Assembly: GCA_965208125.1 (NCBI GenBank)
Contig: OZ242320.1
Coordinates: 4,896,001-4,960,000, forward strand
Direction: 5' to 3'
DNA: 64,000 bases
From: Candidatus Latescibacterota bacterium
Lineage (GTDB): Bacteria > Latescibacterota > UBA2968
Below the pieces are notes generated by a model that saw only the letters and a program-made list of their open reading frames with translations, was not told where the DNA came from and searched no databases. The first letter of the stretch is position 1. Each line of letters opens with the position of its first letter. Both the position numbers and the translations under genes were made by a program. Shown in pieces: positions 41,127-51,040 of the stretch.

Positions 41127-41218
41127 AAAAAAAACTCCTTATGAGAAGACGGAGGAGAGATGTGGGATTTGGAACATGAGGGAGAAACGAGGTTTTACAT
41201 CTCAAGCGATTTGTTTAT

Positions 41219-41247
41219 AAAATAACTCTATATAGAGCACGCGTCAA
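41219..41247 (-). promoter_or_regulatory. putative sigma70 promoter with a palindromic operator in the spacer
   Basis: Minus strand TTGACG-N17-TATTTT; the spacer contains the perfect palindrome CTCTATATAGAG (41226-41237). Confidence 0.45.
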
Positions 41248-41394
41248 CATTATAATATACATCAAGCGTCAACTTATATCTTAGACAGATGTAAATGTAT
41301 GCATCTACCAATTTGCAATTGAGGACTTATTTATATATATTTTTTGCTTCATATATGAGACAGAAGACTCGCCAGATTCAAAGGAGGTTGCGTT

Positions 41395-41556
41395 TTGAAA
41401 TCCAGTTACGTAAATAAAGATCTCGAAGAAACCAGACGTTTGCTTACGCAGGTGAGGCGGGGGGGCAAGCGGGGCAAAAGGGCGCGTAAGAAATTGGAGG
41501 CCAAAGGCATCAGATATTATACATCTGAAGAAGCCGAGAGTCTCGGTATTGAATAA
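41395..41556 (+). CDS. small basic hypothetical protein (53 aa, not in the ORF track)
   Basis: AAGGAGG RBS 7 nt before TTG; MKSSYVNKDLEETRRLLTQVRRGGKRGKRARKKLEAKGIRYYTSEEAESLGIE. Confidence 0.6.
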   Translation: MKSSYVNKDLEETRRLLTQVRRGGKRGKRARKKLEAKGIRYYTSEEAESLGIE

Positions 41557-41591
41557 ATAAAGAAAGGCTTGTGGAAGCGGCCTTTTTTCCT

Positions 41592-42197
41592 ATGAATGAC
41601 GCAGGAATCATCCTTACAGGCGGTGAAAGCAGGCGAATGGGCAAACCCAAGTATAGCTTGCCATTTGGCGATGAAACCCTGCTCCAGCGAAGTGTCAGAA
41701 ATCTGAGAGGATCTGTTTATCCAATTGCGATTGTGGGTGCGTCCGGCCAGAATTTACCCGCTATACCCCATGTGTTATCCATATATGACCCCGTTGCCAA
41801 TCAAGGTCCGTTAATGGGCCTGATGGCAGGATTAAAACATGTCGAAGGTGTTTCTGAATGGGCACTGGGGACGGGTTGTGATATGCCGTTTATCACGACT
41901 GAATTGATCCAATGCCTCAAATCGCACAGAACATCAGAGTCAGAGATCGTCATTCCCCGTATAAATAGGCAGTTTTATCCTTTGTGCGCGCTTTATCGAA
42001 CTGCTCTCTGGCGAAAGGCCAAATTGCTACTCGAAAAAGGGGAACGGCGGCTTTTGGCATTGGTCGATGTATGCAGCATCCAGACCGTTGCACAAGACGC
42101 ACTCACACAGATTGATCCCTATCTCCGATTTTTGATGAATATCAATACGCCTCAATGTTATCAGAGTGCTCTTAAATTAGCCGGTTTGCAGCGGTGA
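41592..42197 (+). CDS. mobA: molybdenum cofactor guanylyltransferase
   Basis: LTGGESRRMG, QGPLMG, GCDMPF, PLCALY and NINTP motifs. Confidence 0.88.
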   Translation: MNDAGIILTGGESRRMGKPKYSLPFGDETLLQRSVRNLRGSVYPIAIVGASGQNLPAIPHVLSIYDPVANQGPLMGLMAGLKHVEGVSEWALGTGCDMPFITTELIQCLKSHRTSESEIVIPRINRQFYPLCALYRTALWRKAKLLLEKGERRLLALVDVCSIQTVAQDALTQIDPYLRFLMNINTPQCYQSALKLAGLQR

Positions 42198-42286
42198 AAT
42201 TGGACAGATCTATCCACTGTTGACGATATGCTTTTTTCGCATATATTGCCACGTATCCATTTACTTATCACCAAGGAGTTATCACG

Positions 42287-42589
42287 ATGGCTATTGAAGA
42301 CAAAACCCTGCTGACCGAAGATGCGATTCGCGCAGAGGTTGCCGATCTCGAAGGGTGGGAATATTTGGAAGACACAAAAGAATTGCAGCGCGTTTGGCAT
42401 TTTGAGAAATTTGTGCCAACTATGGCTTTTGTGCGCAGACTGACGGAGATTATGGACGAAAATAATCACCATTCGGATATCAGCCTCAACAGCCGAACAA
42501 AAACTCTTACTGTCACGGTGACAACCCACAGTGAAAATGCCGTCACCCGCGCAGATATCGATTTTGCTGGAGCAGTAAATCAAGGGTGA
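42287..42589 (+). CDS. pterin-4-alpha-carbinolamine dehydratase family protein
   Basis: NHHSDI and TTHS...VTRADIDFA motifs; 100 aa. Confidence 0.85.
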   Translation: MAIEDKTLLTEDAIRAEVADLEGWEYLEDTKELQRVWHFEKFVPTMAFVRRLTEIMDENNHHSDISLNSRTKTLTVTVTTHSENAVTRADIDFAGAVNQG

Positions 42590-42607
42590 AAAATCATTGG
42601 AGGTTGG

Positions 42608-43960
42608 ATGAAGGTGAATGTCAATATTCAGCCTGGCGACCTGAAAGTCAGGCTGAATCGTTTTTTTAAACTGGCCGCACAGAAAATTCGCAATATCGAT
42701 TCGACGTGGGATCCAGGCCGGGGAACACCGGTATTTACAGAAGGTGGTACATACACTACCCGCGGATGGACCGAGTGGACGCAGGGATTCCAATTTGGAT
42801 GCGCCATTTTGGGATATGAAATCACACGGGAAAAAGATCTGTTGCAGATTGGGCGCAAGGGCACGCTCGATCACATGGCGTCTCATGTGACGCATATTGG
42901 CGTACACGATCACGGGTTTAACAATGTATCTACCTATGGCAATTTGCGGCGATTGATGCGAGAAGGTATAATTCCGGAAAATGAATGGGAGCAGCACTTT
43001 TATGAACTCGCTCTCAAAGCATCTGGCGCTGTCCAGGCTGCTCGCTGGACGACCATTGGCGATGGCAAAGGGTATATTCATTCGTTTAATGGGCCGCATT
43101 CCCTATTTTCAGATACCATCAGGTCGTGTCGTGCATTGGCTGTGGCGCACGACCTCGGTCACGTTTTGATGGGGGAAAATGACCGAGCAGTTTCGCTGCT
43201 CGAGCGCTTGATTCACCACGCCGAGACGACCGCGCAGTTCAATGTGTATTACGGCGAGGGGCGCGATCGGTACGATGTGCGAGGACGGGTTGTACACGAG
43301 TCCATTTTTAATGTCAACGACGGCAATTACCGCTGCCCGAGTACACAGCAGGGTTATTCACCATTTTCGACATGGACCCGGGGATTGGCCTGGATAGTGA
43401 CTGGTTATGCAGAATTGCTCGAATATGTGGCGCATCTGTCAGATGACGCGCTCGATCTTTATGGCGGTAGGGATGCGATTAATGATTGGATGCTCAAAGC
43501 GGCCTGTGCAACAGCAGATTATTATATCGACAGTATCACTTCTGCCGATGGCATTCCATTTTGGGATGCAGGCGCGCCGGGCTTGATTGAGAGCTATAGC
43601 GATAAAATATCAGATCCTTACAATGACTGTGAACCCGTGGATAGTTCTGCTGCTGCCATTGCAGCGCAAGGGCTTTACCGTTTGGGCAAATATCTGGACG
43701 ATACGCGTTATCGCCAAGCTGCTCTAACTGTGGCCCATACGCTATTTGATGCGCCCTATTTGTCCGAAGACGAAGAACACCAGGGTCTTATTCTTCATTC
43801 TATTTATCACAATCCCAATGGGTGGGACTATGTGCCCGGTGGGCAAAAAGTCGCATGCGGCGAGTCTTCGATGTGGGGAGATTATCACGCGATGGAATTG
43901 GCGGTTTTGCTCCAGCGGGAGATGGATAACACACCTTATCTGACGTTTTTTGATCAATGA
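42608..43960 (+). CDS. glycoside hydrolase family 88-like protein (unsaturated glucuronyl hydrolase fold)
   Basis: HDHGF, QQGY..STWTRGLAW, DSSAAAIAA and WGDY motifs. Confidence 0.8.
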   Translation: MKVNVNIQPGDLKVRLNRFFKLAAQKIRNIDSTWDPGRGTPVFTEGGTYTTRGWTEWTQGFQFGCAILGYEITREKDLLQIGRKGTLDHMASHVTHIGVHDHGFNNVSTYGNLRRLMREGIIPENEWEQHFYELALKASGAVQAARWTTIGDGKGYIHSFNGPHSLFSDTIRSCRALAVAHDLGHVLMGENDRAVSLLERLIHHAETTAQFNVYYGEGRDRYDVRGRVVHESIFNVNDGNYRCPSTQQGYSPFSTWTRGLAWIVTGYAELLEYVAHLSDDALDLYGGRDAINDWMLKAACATADYYIDSITSADGIPFWDAGAPGLIESYSDKISDPYNDCEPVDSSAAAIAAQGLYRLGKYLDDTRYRQAALTVAHTLFDAPYLSEDEEHQGLILHSIYHNPNGWDYVPGGQKVACGESSMWGDYHAMELAVLLQREMDNTPYLTFFDQ

Positions 43961-44736
43961 ATAAAGTCATTGCCTTGATAATCGGCCTCTTATTCGCTGG
44001 ATTTGCGTCTCAAAGTGGAGCCGAGACATTTGATTATGCACCGCTCAACCGCATGCTCGGACGCGTTGTAAATGCACAGGGACGCGTGGATTACGAAGCT
44101 GTAAAAACAGACGCGGATTTGCAGGCTTTTGTAGATCAACTCGCGCAGATCAGTCCCGATACGCATCCCGAGTTTTTTCCCAGCCGCGCAGACAGCCTTG
44201 CCTTTTGGATCAATGCGTACAACGCCTGTGCACTTGCAGGGGTCTCAAAAGCCTATCCCATCTCTTCCGTTACCGAAATCGCGCCGGCTTTTGGCTTTTT
44301 TAAAATATATCGATTTGTCGTTGGCGAGCGTCAGTTCACATTGGACCAAATCGAGCACGAGATTATTCGCAAACAGTTTTCCGATCCGCGCATTCACGCA
44401 GCAATCAATTGCGCGGCAGTGAGTTGTCCGCGTTTGCTAAACAAAGCATTTACGCCTGACAAGTTGGATGATCAGCTCAATTCGGTTATGCGAGATATGA
44501 TTCGCAACCCAATGCATGTTCAGATTAATCGGGAGACAGGAGTTGTGAATCTATCTGCGATTTTTGATTGGTTTTCCTCTGATTTTACGTCTTATGTGCA
44601 AGCGCGTGAGGTCGGCGAGACTGTGTTGGATTATATCTCTCTTTTTTTATCGAAAGACGATATCCAGTATTTGCAAAATCACCCCGGTCTTCAAATTGTG
44701 TTTTTAGATTACGATTGGTCTTTGAATAATCAGTGA
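43957..44736 (+). CDS. DUF547 domain secreted protein
   Basis: Signal peptide; LAFWINAYNA, DPRIHAAINCAAVSCP and YDWSLN motifs. Confidence 0.9.
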   Translation: MNKVIALIIGLLFAGFASQSGAETFDYAPLNRMLGRVVNAQGRVDYEAVKTDADLQAFVDQLAQISPDTHPEFFPSRADSLAFWINAYNACALAGVSKAYPISSVTEIAPAFGFFKIYRFVVGERQFTLDQIEHEIIRKQFSDPRIHAAINCAAVSCPRLLNKAFTPDKLDDQLNSVMRDMIRNPMHVQINRETGVVNLSAIFDWFSSDFTSYVQAREVGETVLDYISLFLSKDDIQYLQNHPGLQIVFLDYDWSLNNQ

Positions 44737-46436
44737 AAATGAGTATCTCAGATATACAAGTATCTTTGGGCGCGTTTCGGCCAGCAGTTGATCGCGCTTT
44801 GAAAACATGGTCGAAAAATGGCAATACAGCGCGGCTGTGGCGCGGCGATGCCACACTCTGGTCGGGGACGGATGAGTCCAATTGGTTGGGATGGCTTAAT
44901 ATCGCACCTCAAATACGCGATCGTGCAGACGCCCTATGCGCTTTTGCACAGCAGGTGCGCGATAAAGGGATAACGGATATTCTACTTTTGGGAATGGGCG
45001 GTAGCAGTTTGTGTCCCGAAGTGCTGGCGATGACTTTTGGCTGTCGGGAGGATTGGCCCAGGTTGCTTGTGCTGGACTCTACGGTTCCCGCACAAGTACA
45101 GCGATTTGCCGATGCCGTAAATTTAGAGACGTCCCTTTGCGTTGTCGCCAGCAAATCTGGAACGACAACCGAGCCCCACGCATTTTGCGAGTTCTTCTGG
45201 AAAAAAATGCAGGGAGCAATTGGGGATGCGGCGGGGCAGCACTTTATCGCCATTACAGATCCGGGTTCTGATCTGGAGACGCTTGCCAGAGAGCGAAACT
45301 TTCTGTCTGTTTTCTATGGTTTGCCAGAAATTGGCGGCAGATTTTCAGCACTTTCAAATTTTGGGATGGTGCCCGCAGCATTGATCGGCATTGATGTGCA
45401 AGGATTTTTAGCACGCGCAGTGGCGATGGGAAATCGATGCAAGGCATTGGACGAGCAGAATCCCGGTCTCTTGTTGGGCCTTATTCTGGGTGAGTTGGCA
45501 AAAGCAGGACGAGACAAAGTGACGCTTGTAACCTCTCCCAAACTGTGGGATTTGGGTGCGTGGCTGGAGCAACTTTTAGCCGAAAGCACGGGAAAAAATG
45601 GTCGGGGTCTCATACCTGTTGATTTAGAAGAGATTGCCACGCCCGATATGTACGGTGAAGATCGGGTATTTGTCTATATCCGACTAAAAGACGAGGCAGA
45701 CCCTGAACAGGATGCAAGTATAGAAAATCTGCAAGCGGCTCATTTTCCAATTATTCAGATCGATGTGGCAGAGCTATTAGACCTGGGGGCAGAATTTTTT
45801 CGGTGGGAATACGCTACCGCGGTCGCTGGCGCGGTTTTGAATATCAATCCCTTTGACCAACCCAATGTACAGGAGAGCAAAGATTTTACGGCGGAATTGA
45901 CACAGGCTTATGAAAAAGAGGGAACATTACCGGTTCAAACGCCGTTTTTTATTCATGAGGATGTCCTAATTTACGCCGATGTATCCAATGCGCAGGCGTT
46001 GGGAAAAATTGAAGATCTCAATAGTTGTATTGCTGGGCTACTCAATCAGGTTCGGACGGGCGATTATGTCGCTTTGTGCGCTTATGTCGATATGAATGAA
46101 GATAATATCACCGCTTTACAGGCTCTGAGGCATCGGATATGCAATGTATATCGGGTGGCTACTACATTGGGATTTGGTCCGCGGTTCTTGCATTCTACAG
46201 GACAATTGCACAAGGGAGGACCGAACAATGTGGTGGTCGTGCAACTGACAGGCGAAGATGAGACGGATGTAACAATTCCAGGGCGAGCGTTCTCTTTTGG
46301 CGTGCTCAAGCAAGCACAGGCTCTGGGCGATGCCCGCGCTCTTTCGGATCGACAAAGACGGGCGATTCGCATTCATTTTAAGACAGATGTAATTGCTGGC
46401 ATCCAGCGGGTGAAAAAAGCGGTTAGAGAGGATTGA
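44733..46436 (+). CDS. pgi: glucose-6-phosphate isomerase (type found as the C-terminal half of Tal-Pgi fusions)
   Basis: GMGGSSL, SKSGTT, IGGRFS, EQLLAESTGK, FDQPNVQESK and HSTGQLHKGG motifs; alternative start ATG 44739. Confidence 0.88.
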   Translation: MKMSISDIQVSLGAFRPAVDRALKTWSKNGNTARLWRGDATLWSGTDESNWLGWLNIAPQIRDRADALCAFAQQVRDKGITDILLLGMGGSSLCPEVLAMTFGCREDWPRLLVLDSTVPAQVQRFADAVNLETSLCVVASKSGTTTEPHAFCEFFWKKMQGAIGDAAGQHFIAITDPGSDLETLARERNFLSVFYGLPEIGGRFSALSNFGMVPAALIGIDVQGFLARAVAMGNRCKALDEQNPGLLLGLILGELAKAGRDKVTLVTSPKLWDLGAWLEQLLAESTGKNGRGLIPVDLEEIATPDMYGEDRVFVYIRLKDEADPEQDASIENLQAAHFPIIQIDVAELLDLGAEFFRWEYATAVAGAVLNINPFDQPNVQESKDFTAELTQAYEKEGTLPVQTPFFIHEDVLIYADVSNAQALGKIEDLNSCIAGLLNQVRTGDYVALCAYVDMNEDNITALQALRHRICNVYRVATTLGFGPRFLHSTGQLHKGGPNNVVVVQLTGEDETDVTIPGRAFSFGVLKQAQALGDARALSDRQRRAIRIHFKTDVIAGIQRVKKAVRED

Positions 46437-47437
46437 ATATGGCACTGGCAGCAATGGATTTGATGCAAATTGTGAGCGACGATCACAAGACCGATTTTGC
46501 GAGCAAACTTCGCGCTGAACAACTGGAACTCACGCGCAATCAATTGGATATTTTGCAGGTCAATGTCGGCAAGTTGTGTAATCAAGCCTGTCACCACTGT
46601 CATGTAGATGCCAGCCCGATCCGCACAGAGATTATGACTCGAGAAACCATTGACCGTATTCTATCATTTCTCGAAACATCCGATATTCAGACGGTTGACA
46701 TAACGGGTGGCGCACCTGAGTTAATTCCAGATTTTCGCTATTTTGTCGAACAAATACGCGAGCAGAGCCGTCGCGTGATGGTGCGCTGCAATTTAACCGT
46801 GATCTTTGAACCCGGGCAAGAAGACTTACCTGAGTTTTATCGCGAGCACGAAGTTGAATTGGTGTGTTCGCTTCCGTGTTATCTCGAAGAAAATGTGGAT
46901 GAACAACGCGGGCGCGGTGTTTTCACAAAAAGCATACGGGCATTGCAGATTCTCAATGAAATTGGATATGCCCAACCCGACACGGGATTGGAACTCCATT
47001 TGGTCTATAATCCCGTTGGTGCGTCTTTACCCCCTACGCAGGCCGAACTCGAAGCTGATTATAAAGAAGAGCTAAAAGCCCGCTACAACATTGATTTTAA
47101 TAAGCTCTACACCATTACCAATATGCCCATTAGCCGGTTTGAGGAATTTCTCAAACGCCGGGGCATTTACAACAGCTATATGCAGACTTTACAGGATAAT
47201 TTTAATCCGCATACGGTCGATAATTTGATGTGCCGCTCTCTAATTAGCGTTGGATGGCAGGGCGAGGTTTACGATTGTGATTTTAACCAAATGCTCGATA
47301 TGCATTCTTTTGGGTGCGAAGTTAAACTCTGGGAACTGACCGTTGAGGATCTGATTGGATGCAACGTACGGGTGCGAGATCACTGCTTTGGATGCACTGC
47401 GGGTGCGGGAAGCAGTTGTGGGGGAGAGCTTGTTTAG
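46433..47437 (+). CDS. arsS: ArsS-family radical SAM protein (DUF3641 C-terminus)
   Basis: CNQACHHC, DITGGAPE, SLPCY, YDCDFNQML and HCFGCTAGAGSSCGG motifs; start uncertain (46433-46463). Confidence 0.88.
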   Translation: MNMALAAMDLMQIVSDDHKTDFASKLRAEQLELTRNQLDILQVNVGKLCNQACHHCHVDASPIRTEIMTRETIDRILSFLETSDIQTVDITGGAPELIPDFRYFVEQIREQSRRVMVRCNLTVIFEPGQEDLPEFYREHEVELVCSLPCYLEENVDEQRGRGVFTKSIRALQILNEIGYAQPDTGLELHLVYNPVGASLPPTQAELEADYKEELKARYNIDFNKLYTITNMPISRFEEFLKRRGIYNSYMQTLQDNFNPHTVDNLMCRSLISVGWQGEVYDCDFNQMLDMHSFGCEVKLWELTVEDLIGCNVRVRDHCFGCTAGAGSSCGGELV

Positions 47438-47454
47438 AAGTGTGAAGTGTGAAG
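47438..47454 (+). repeat. heptamer repeat (AAGTGTG) x2 plus a partial copy
   Basis: Directly after the arsS stop; related to the unit at 30334. Confidence 0.6.
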
Positions 47455-47480
47455 GGCCACTGAAATTCAATCGCTACGAG

Positions 47481-47505
47481 AGGGCACCGAGATAGGTGCC
47501 TTTTT
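47481..47505 (+). terminator. intrinsic terminator
   Basis: GGCACC/GGTGCC stem followed by TTTTT, between convergent genes. Confidence 0.65.
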
Positions 47506-49795
47506 ATTTTATATTTACTGCTATGCGTTGTGTCTGCGGGGACAGGCATCGCGTGCTGTCACATGCTTGATATGTGAGTATTAGCGAGAGGTTTTGTGGT
47601 CGGGTTTTGAAGGATAGAGTAAGGGGCACGTTGAGGCTGTCTGCATAAACGGCAATGGCACGCTCAGCAAAGGGAAACTGTAAGTCCTCGGCTGGAGGAT
47701 AGTCGATTTGGGTGATTTCGGCAATGTCCGTGTCCAGTGAGAGATGTGTAGGAATCAAATAATCGTCGGTGGGATTGGATGCTTGAATATGCCAGCCCGA
47801 AGCGATATTCAGGCGCACATTCACCTTGAGGATATTTGCGCTATCAGAAGGGAAGGCCGTTGCGGACGCAGTGACGAGACTATCAGGTGCAAGCATTGCG
47901 ATGGGAGAGGATGCCATCATTGTGCCGTGGATAAAGTGCAGGAGCGCGCCCGGCGTATTCTCAGCAAGGGAAGCGAAGCTATTGATGAGTGCGAGAGCGC
48001 GTTGGGCATACAGGGGGTTCTGTGTCAATGTCCTGAGTTCCCACAAACCGTGCAGGGCAACGGCATTGCCAGAGGGCAGGGCGCTATCGTAAAAGCTCTT
48101 GGTACGCACAATCATCTCATTTTGGCTCTGCGTGAGAAAATATCCCCCATCTATCGTATCCCAAAATGCGGTGTGCATCCGCTCCGAAAGCGATAGAGCG
48201 TCCTGGAGGTAGCGGGCAGAACGCGTTGCGCGATGGAGGTGGAGGAGGCCATTGATTAAAAAGGCGTAATCTTCCTGGTAGGCTTCTCCTTTGCGTTGCC
48301 CCTCGCGATAGATGCGATACAGGTCGCTGTCTGCATTGCGGAGGTTGTTGTGAATAAAATCGGCGGCTTTTTGTGCGACCTTCGAGTATTCGGGATGACC
48401 GAGGACTTCATAGGCGCGGGCATACGCGCCGATCATAAGACCATTCCACGCTGTGATGATTTTGTCGTCGAGGAGGGGGCGGGTGCGTTGGCTGCGAGCG
48501 TTCAGGAGCTTTTCTTTAAGTGAAGATAGGCGCGTGCGCAGAGTTGTGGCGTCAATTTGATGGCGGACTGATAGCGCGCTGTCTGTATCGGTCTTATAAA
48601 TGACACCGGTTGAGCCTTCGGGCATAGGCGCGAGCGCGTAACACGATAGGAAGAAGTCTGCATCTTTCTTCAGGGTCTGGCGAATGTCTTGCTCTGTCCA
48701 GGTATAATACGCGCCTTCTTCTGCTTCAGTTTCTGCGTCGAGAGCGGAGTAAAATCCGCCTTTAGGGTCTGTCATTTCACGCAAAACAAAGTTCAGAATT
48801 TCCTCTGCTGCAATGCGATAGACCGTTTTATTAGTAATCTGGTAAGCACTGAGAAAGTTGTGGGTGAGGAGGGCCTGGTTGTAGAGCATTTTTTCAAAAT
48901 GCGGCACGCGCCATTGTGCATCTGTTGCATAGCGATGAAAACCACCGCCAAGGTGATCGTGGATACCACCTAACGCCATGTGATTTAGTGTTTGCTCGAC
49001 CATATCGAGGTATTTTGCCCGAGGATTTTGTCGATAGGCCGTCAACAACAGATTGAGTGCGTGATCAGGCGGAAATTTCGGGGCTGTGCCCAGGCCGCCG
49101 TTGACGGGATCAAATCGATTTTCTATGTGGTCAATCGCCTTGCCAATCGGGTCTCCTTCCACTTTTTCTGAAACGGCGCGTGTCGTGTGAATACGCGCGA
49201 TGGATTGCGATATCTGATCGGCCTGTTTTTCGAGTTCCTGTCTCTTTTCCTGCCAGGCTACATGCAGTGCCTGAATCACGCGCGGAAATCCCGGGCGTCC
49301 ATGTGAATCTTCGGGGGGAAAGTAAGTACCGGCAAAAAAGGGTTTGAGGTCTGGCGTGAGAAAAACAGAGTTGGGCCATCCGCCGTGCCCGGTCATAAGC
49401 TGGGTGGCGGTCATGTAAATTTTATCGATATCGGGACGTTCTTCGCGGTCAACCTTGATATTGACAAAAAACTGGTTCATCAAGTGGGCAATATCCGGAT
49501 CGGAGAAGACCAGCCTTTCCATGACATGGCACCAATAACAACTCGAATATCCCACGGATAGAAAGATCGGTTTGTCCTCGCGGCGTGCTTTTGCGAGTGC
49601 TTCTTCACCCCAGGGATACCAGTCAACGGGATTGTGTGCATGAAGGCGCAAATAAGGGCTGAGTTCTCCGCTGAGGCGATTTTGCGCAGGGGAGGGGGCA
49701 GGAGGATTTTCTGAAGAATAAACACCCCACCAATACCCTGCAGCAATGGCGAGGAGAATGATGGGGATAAATAGGAGGCGTTTGGCGATTGCCAT
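47504..49795 (-). CDS. YyaL/SPATA20-family thioredoxin-domain protein (DUF255) with N-terminal anchor and C-terminal DsbD-N-like domain
   Basis: [33 protein letters not shown] and DDKIITAWN motifs; C-terminal GWHI...[10 protein letters not shown]. Confidence 0.9.
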   Translation of the reverse strand: MAIAKRLLFIPIILLAIAAGYWWGVYSSENPPAPSPAQNRLSGELSPYLRLHAHNPVDWYPWGEEALAKARREDKPIFLSVGYSSCYWCHVMERLVFSDPDIAHLMNQFFVNIKVDREERPDIDKIYMTATQLMTGHGGWPNSVFLTPDLKPFFAGTYFPPEDSHGRPGFPRVIQALHVAWQEKRQELEKQADQISQSIARIHTTRAVSEKVEGDPIGKAIDHIENRFDPVNGGLGTAPKFPPDHALNLLLTAYRQNPRAKYLDMVEQTLNHMALGGIHDHLGGGFHRYATDAQWRVPHFEKMLYNQALLTHNFLSAYQITNKTVYRIAAEEILNFVLREMTDPKGGFYSALDAETEAEEGAYYTWTEQDIRQTLKKDADFFLSCYALAPMPEGSTGVIYKTDTDSALSVRHQIDATTLRTRLSSLKEKLLNARSQRTRPLLDDKIITAWNGLMIGAYARAYEVLGHPEYSKVAQKAADFIHNNLRNADSDLYRIYREGQRKGEAYQEDYAFLINGLLHLHRATRSARYLQDALSLSERMHTAFWDTIDGGYFLTQSQNEMIVRTKSFYDSALPSGNAVALHGLWELRTLTQNPLYAQRALALINSFASLAENTPGALLHFIHGTMMASSPIAMLAPDSLVTASATAFPSDSANILKVNVRLNIASGWHIQASNPTDDYLIPTHLSLDTDIAEITQIDYPPAEDLQFPFAERAIAVYADSLNVPLTLSFKTRPQNLSLILTYQACDSTRCLSPQTQRIAVNIK

Positions 49796-49807
49796 ATCAT
49801 CAGCCCC

Positions 49808-51040
49808 TCAAGCTGCAAACGCGCGTTTGATTTTGGCGACAGCCGTTAAAATATCGTCCATGTCTTCCTGTTCACCCAGCAGCATGTTTTGCAAGAACCA
49901 GACACTGGAGGCGCATATTGCTTCTACATTGGGACACGGCAAACGGCGAATCAGATGTGGATGTCGGTCCATCACGGTTTTGAGACCGCCTTCATCGGTT
50001 AAGGGCCGCTGATAGCCAGGTGTGCAGGGAATGCCTTCGGCCTGTAAGGTCGCGATAAATTCATCGCGTGTTTTCCCGCCGAACGCCTCGCTGTTGTAGC
50101 GCATCATATACAGATGATAGCCGTGCTGTGTGACCCAGGGGTGCCATCGCGGCGGCTCCAATCCACCGATTTCATCCAGCCCCTTGCTGAGATAAGCCGC
50201 ATTTTTATTCCGCAAATCGATTTGAGGTTCGAGTTTGGACAGCCGTTTTAACAATATGCCAGCCAGATACTCAGAGGTGCGATAATTCCAACCCAGACGG
50301 GGATACTCCCACCGCTCCCCCCCAGGGCGTCTGCCCACATCGCGGAATGCCCATGCCCGATCTCTGAGGTCTCGATCATTGGTGAGAAGACATCCGCCTT
50401 CGCCCGAAGTCAGATTTTTGCTCGACTGAAAGCTGAATGCCCCCACATGGCCCAGAGAACCCACTTTACGCCCTTTGTGCTCCGCCCCGTGTGCCTGGGC
50501 GCAGTCTTCGATGACTTTGAGGTTGTACTTACTCGCAATATCATTGAGTGCATCCATATCGGCCGGGTGTCCTCCCAGGTGAACGGGAAGGAGCGCGACG
50601 GTCTGGTCTGTGATGGCGGCTTCGGTCGCTTCGGGCGATATGGTAAAACTCACCGGATCGATATCGACAAGTGCCAGAGAGCATCGCACCGAGATGGGGG
50701 CACTTGCAGTGGCAATAAAGGTGTAATTGGGAATAATGACTTCGCCGCCATCAACCATGCCATCGAGGTCGAGCGCGGCGGATAATCCAGCCGCAATAGA
50801 TGTGGTTCCGCTGGGCATCATCACGCCATAAGCCGCATCGCAATAGGCGGCAAATGCCTGACCAAAGCGGTGCCCCACAGGTGCGGGAAGACCTTCGGTT
50901 TGATCGAGATAGACTTCTTTGAGGATGGGAACGATTTCTTCTTCCCATTCTCGTTCTGTGTTATCCGGCCATGTCGGCCACGGCGATGCTTCGGTATCGC
51001 GCACGGGAACACCACCATCTATTGCGAGTGTTTCGGACAT
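49808..51040 (-). CDS. DegT/DnrJ/EryC1/StrS PLP-dependent aminotransferase
   Basis: TFIATA, PVHLGG, EDCAQAHG and FSFQSSKNLTSGEGG motifs. Confidence 0.92.
   Translation of the reverse strand: MSETLAIDGGVPVRDTEASPWPTWPDNTEREWEEEIVPILKEVYLDQTEGLPAPVGHRFGQAFAAYCDAAYGVMMPSGTTSIAAGLSAALDLDGMVDGGEVIIPNYTFIATASAPISVRCSLALVDIDPVSFTISPEATEAAITDQTVALLPVHLGGHPADMDALNDIASKYNLKVIEDCAQAHGAEHKGRKVGSLGHVGAFSFQSSKNLTSGEGGCLLTNDRDLRDRAWAFRDVGRRPGGERWEYPRLGWNYRTSEYLAGILLKRLSKLEPQIDLRNKNAAYLSKGLDEIGGLEPPRWHPWVTQHGYHLYMMRYNSEAFGGKTRDEFIATLQAEGIPCTPGYQRPLTDEGGLKTVMDRHPHLIRRLPCPNVEAICASSVWFLQNMLLGEQEDMDDILTAVAKIKRAFAA

Noticed and set aside
42161-43099. 312-aa minus-strand ORF, and similar long antisense ORFs such as 29242-30171 and 36234-37046
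   Set aside because: Shadows of well-supported genes on the opposite strand, with no motifs
47405-47437. Selenocysteine in the ArsS C-terminal SSUGG motif
   Set aside because: The codon is TGT (Cys), not TGA
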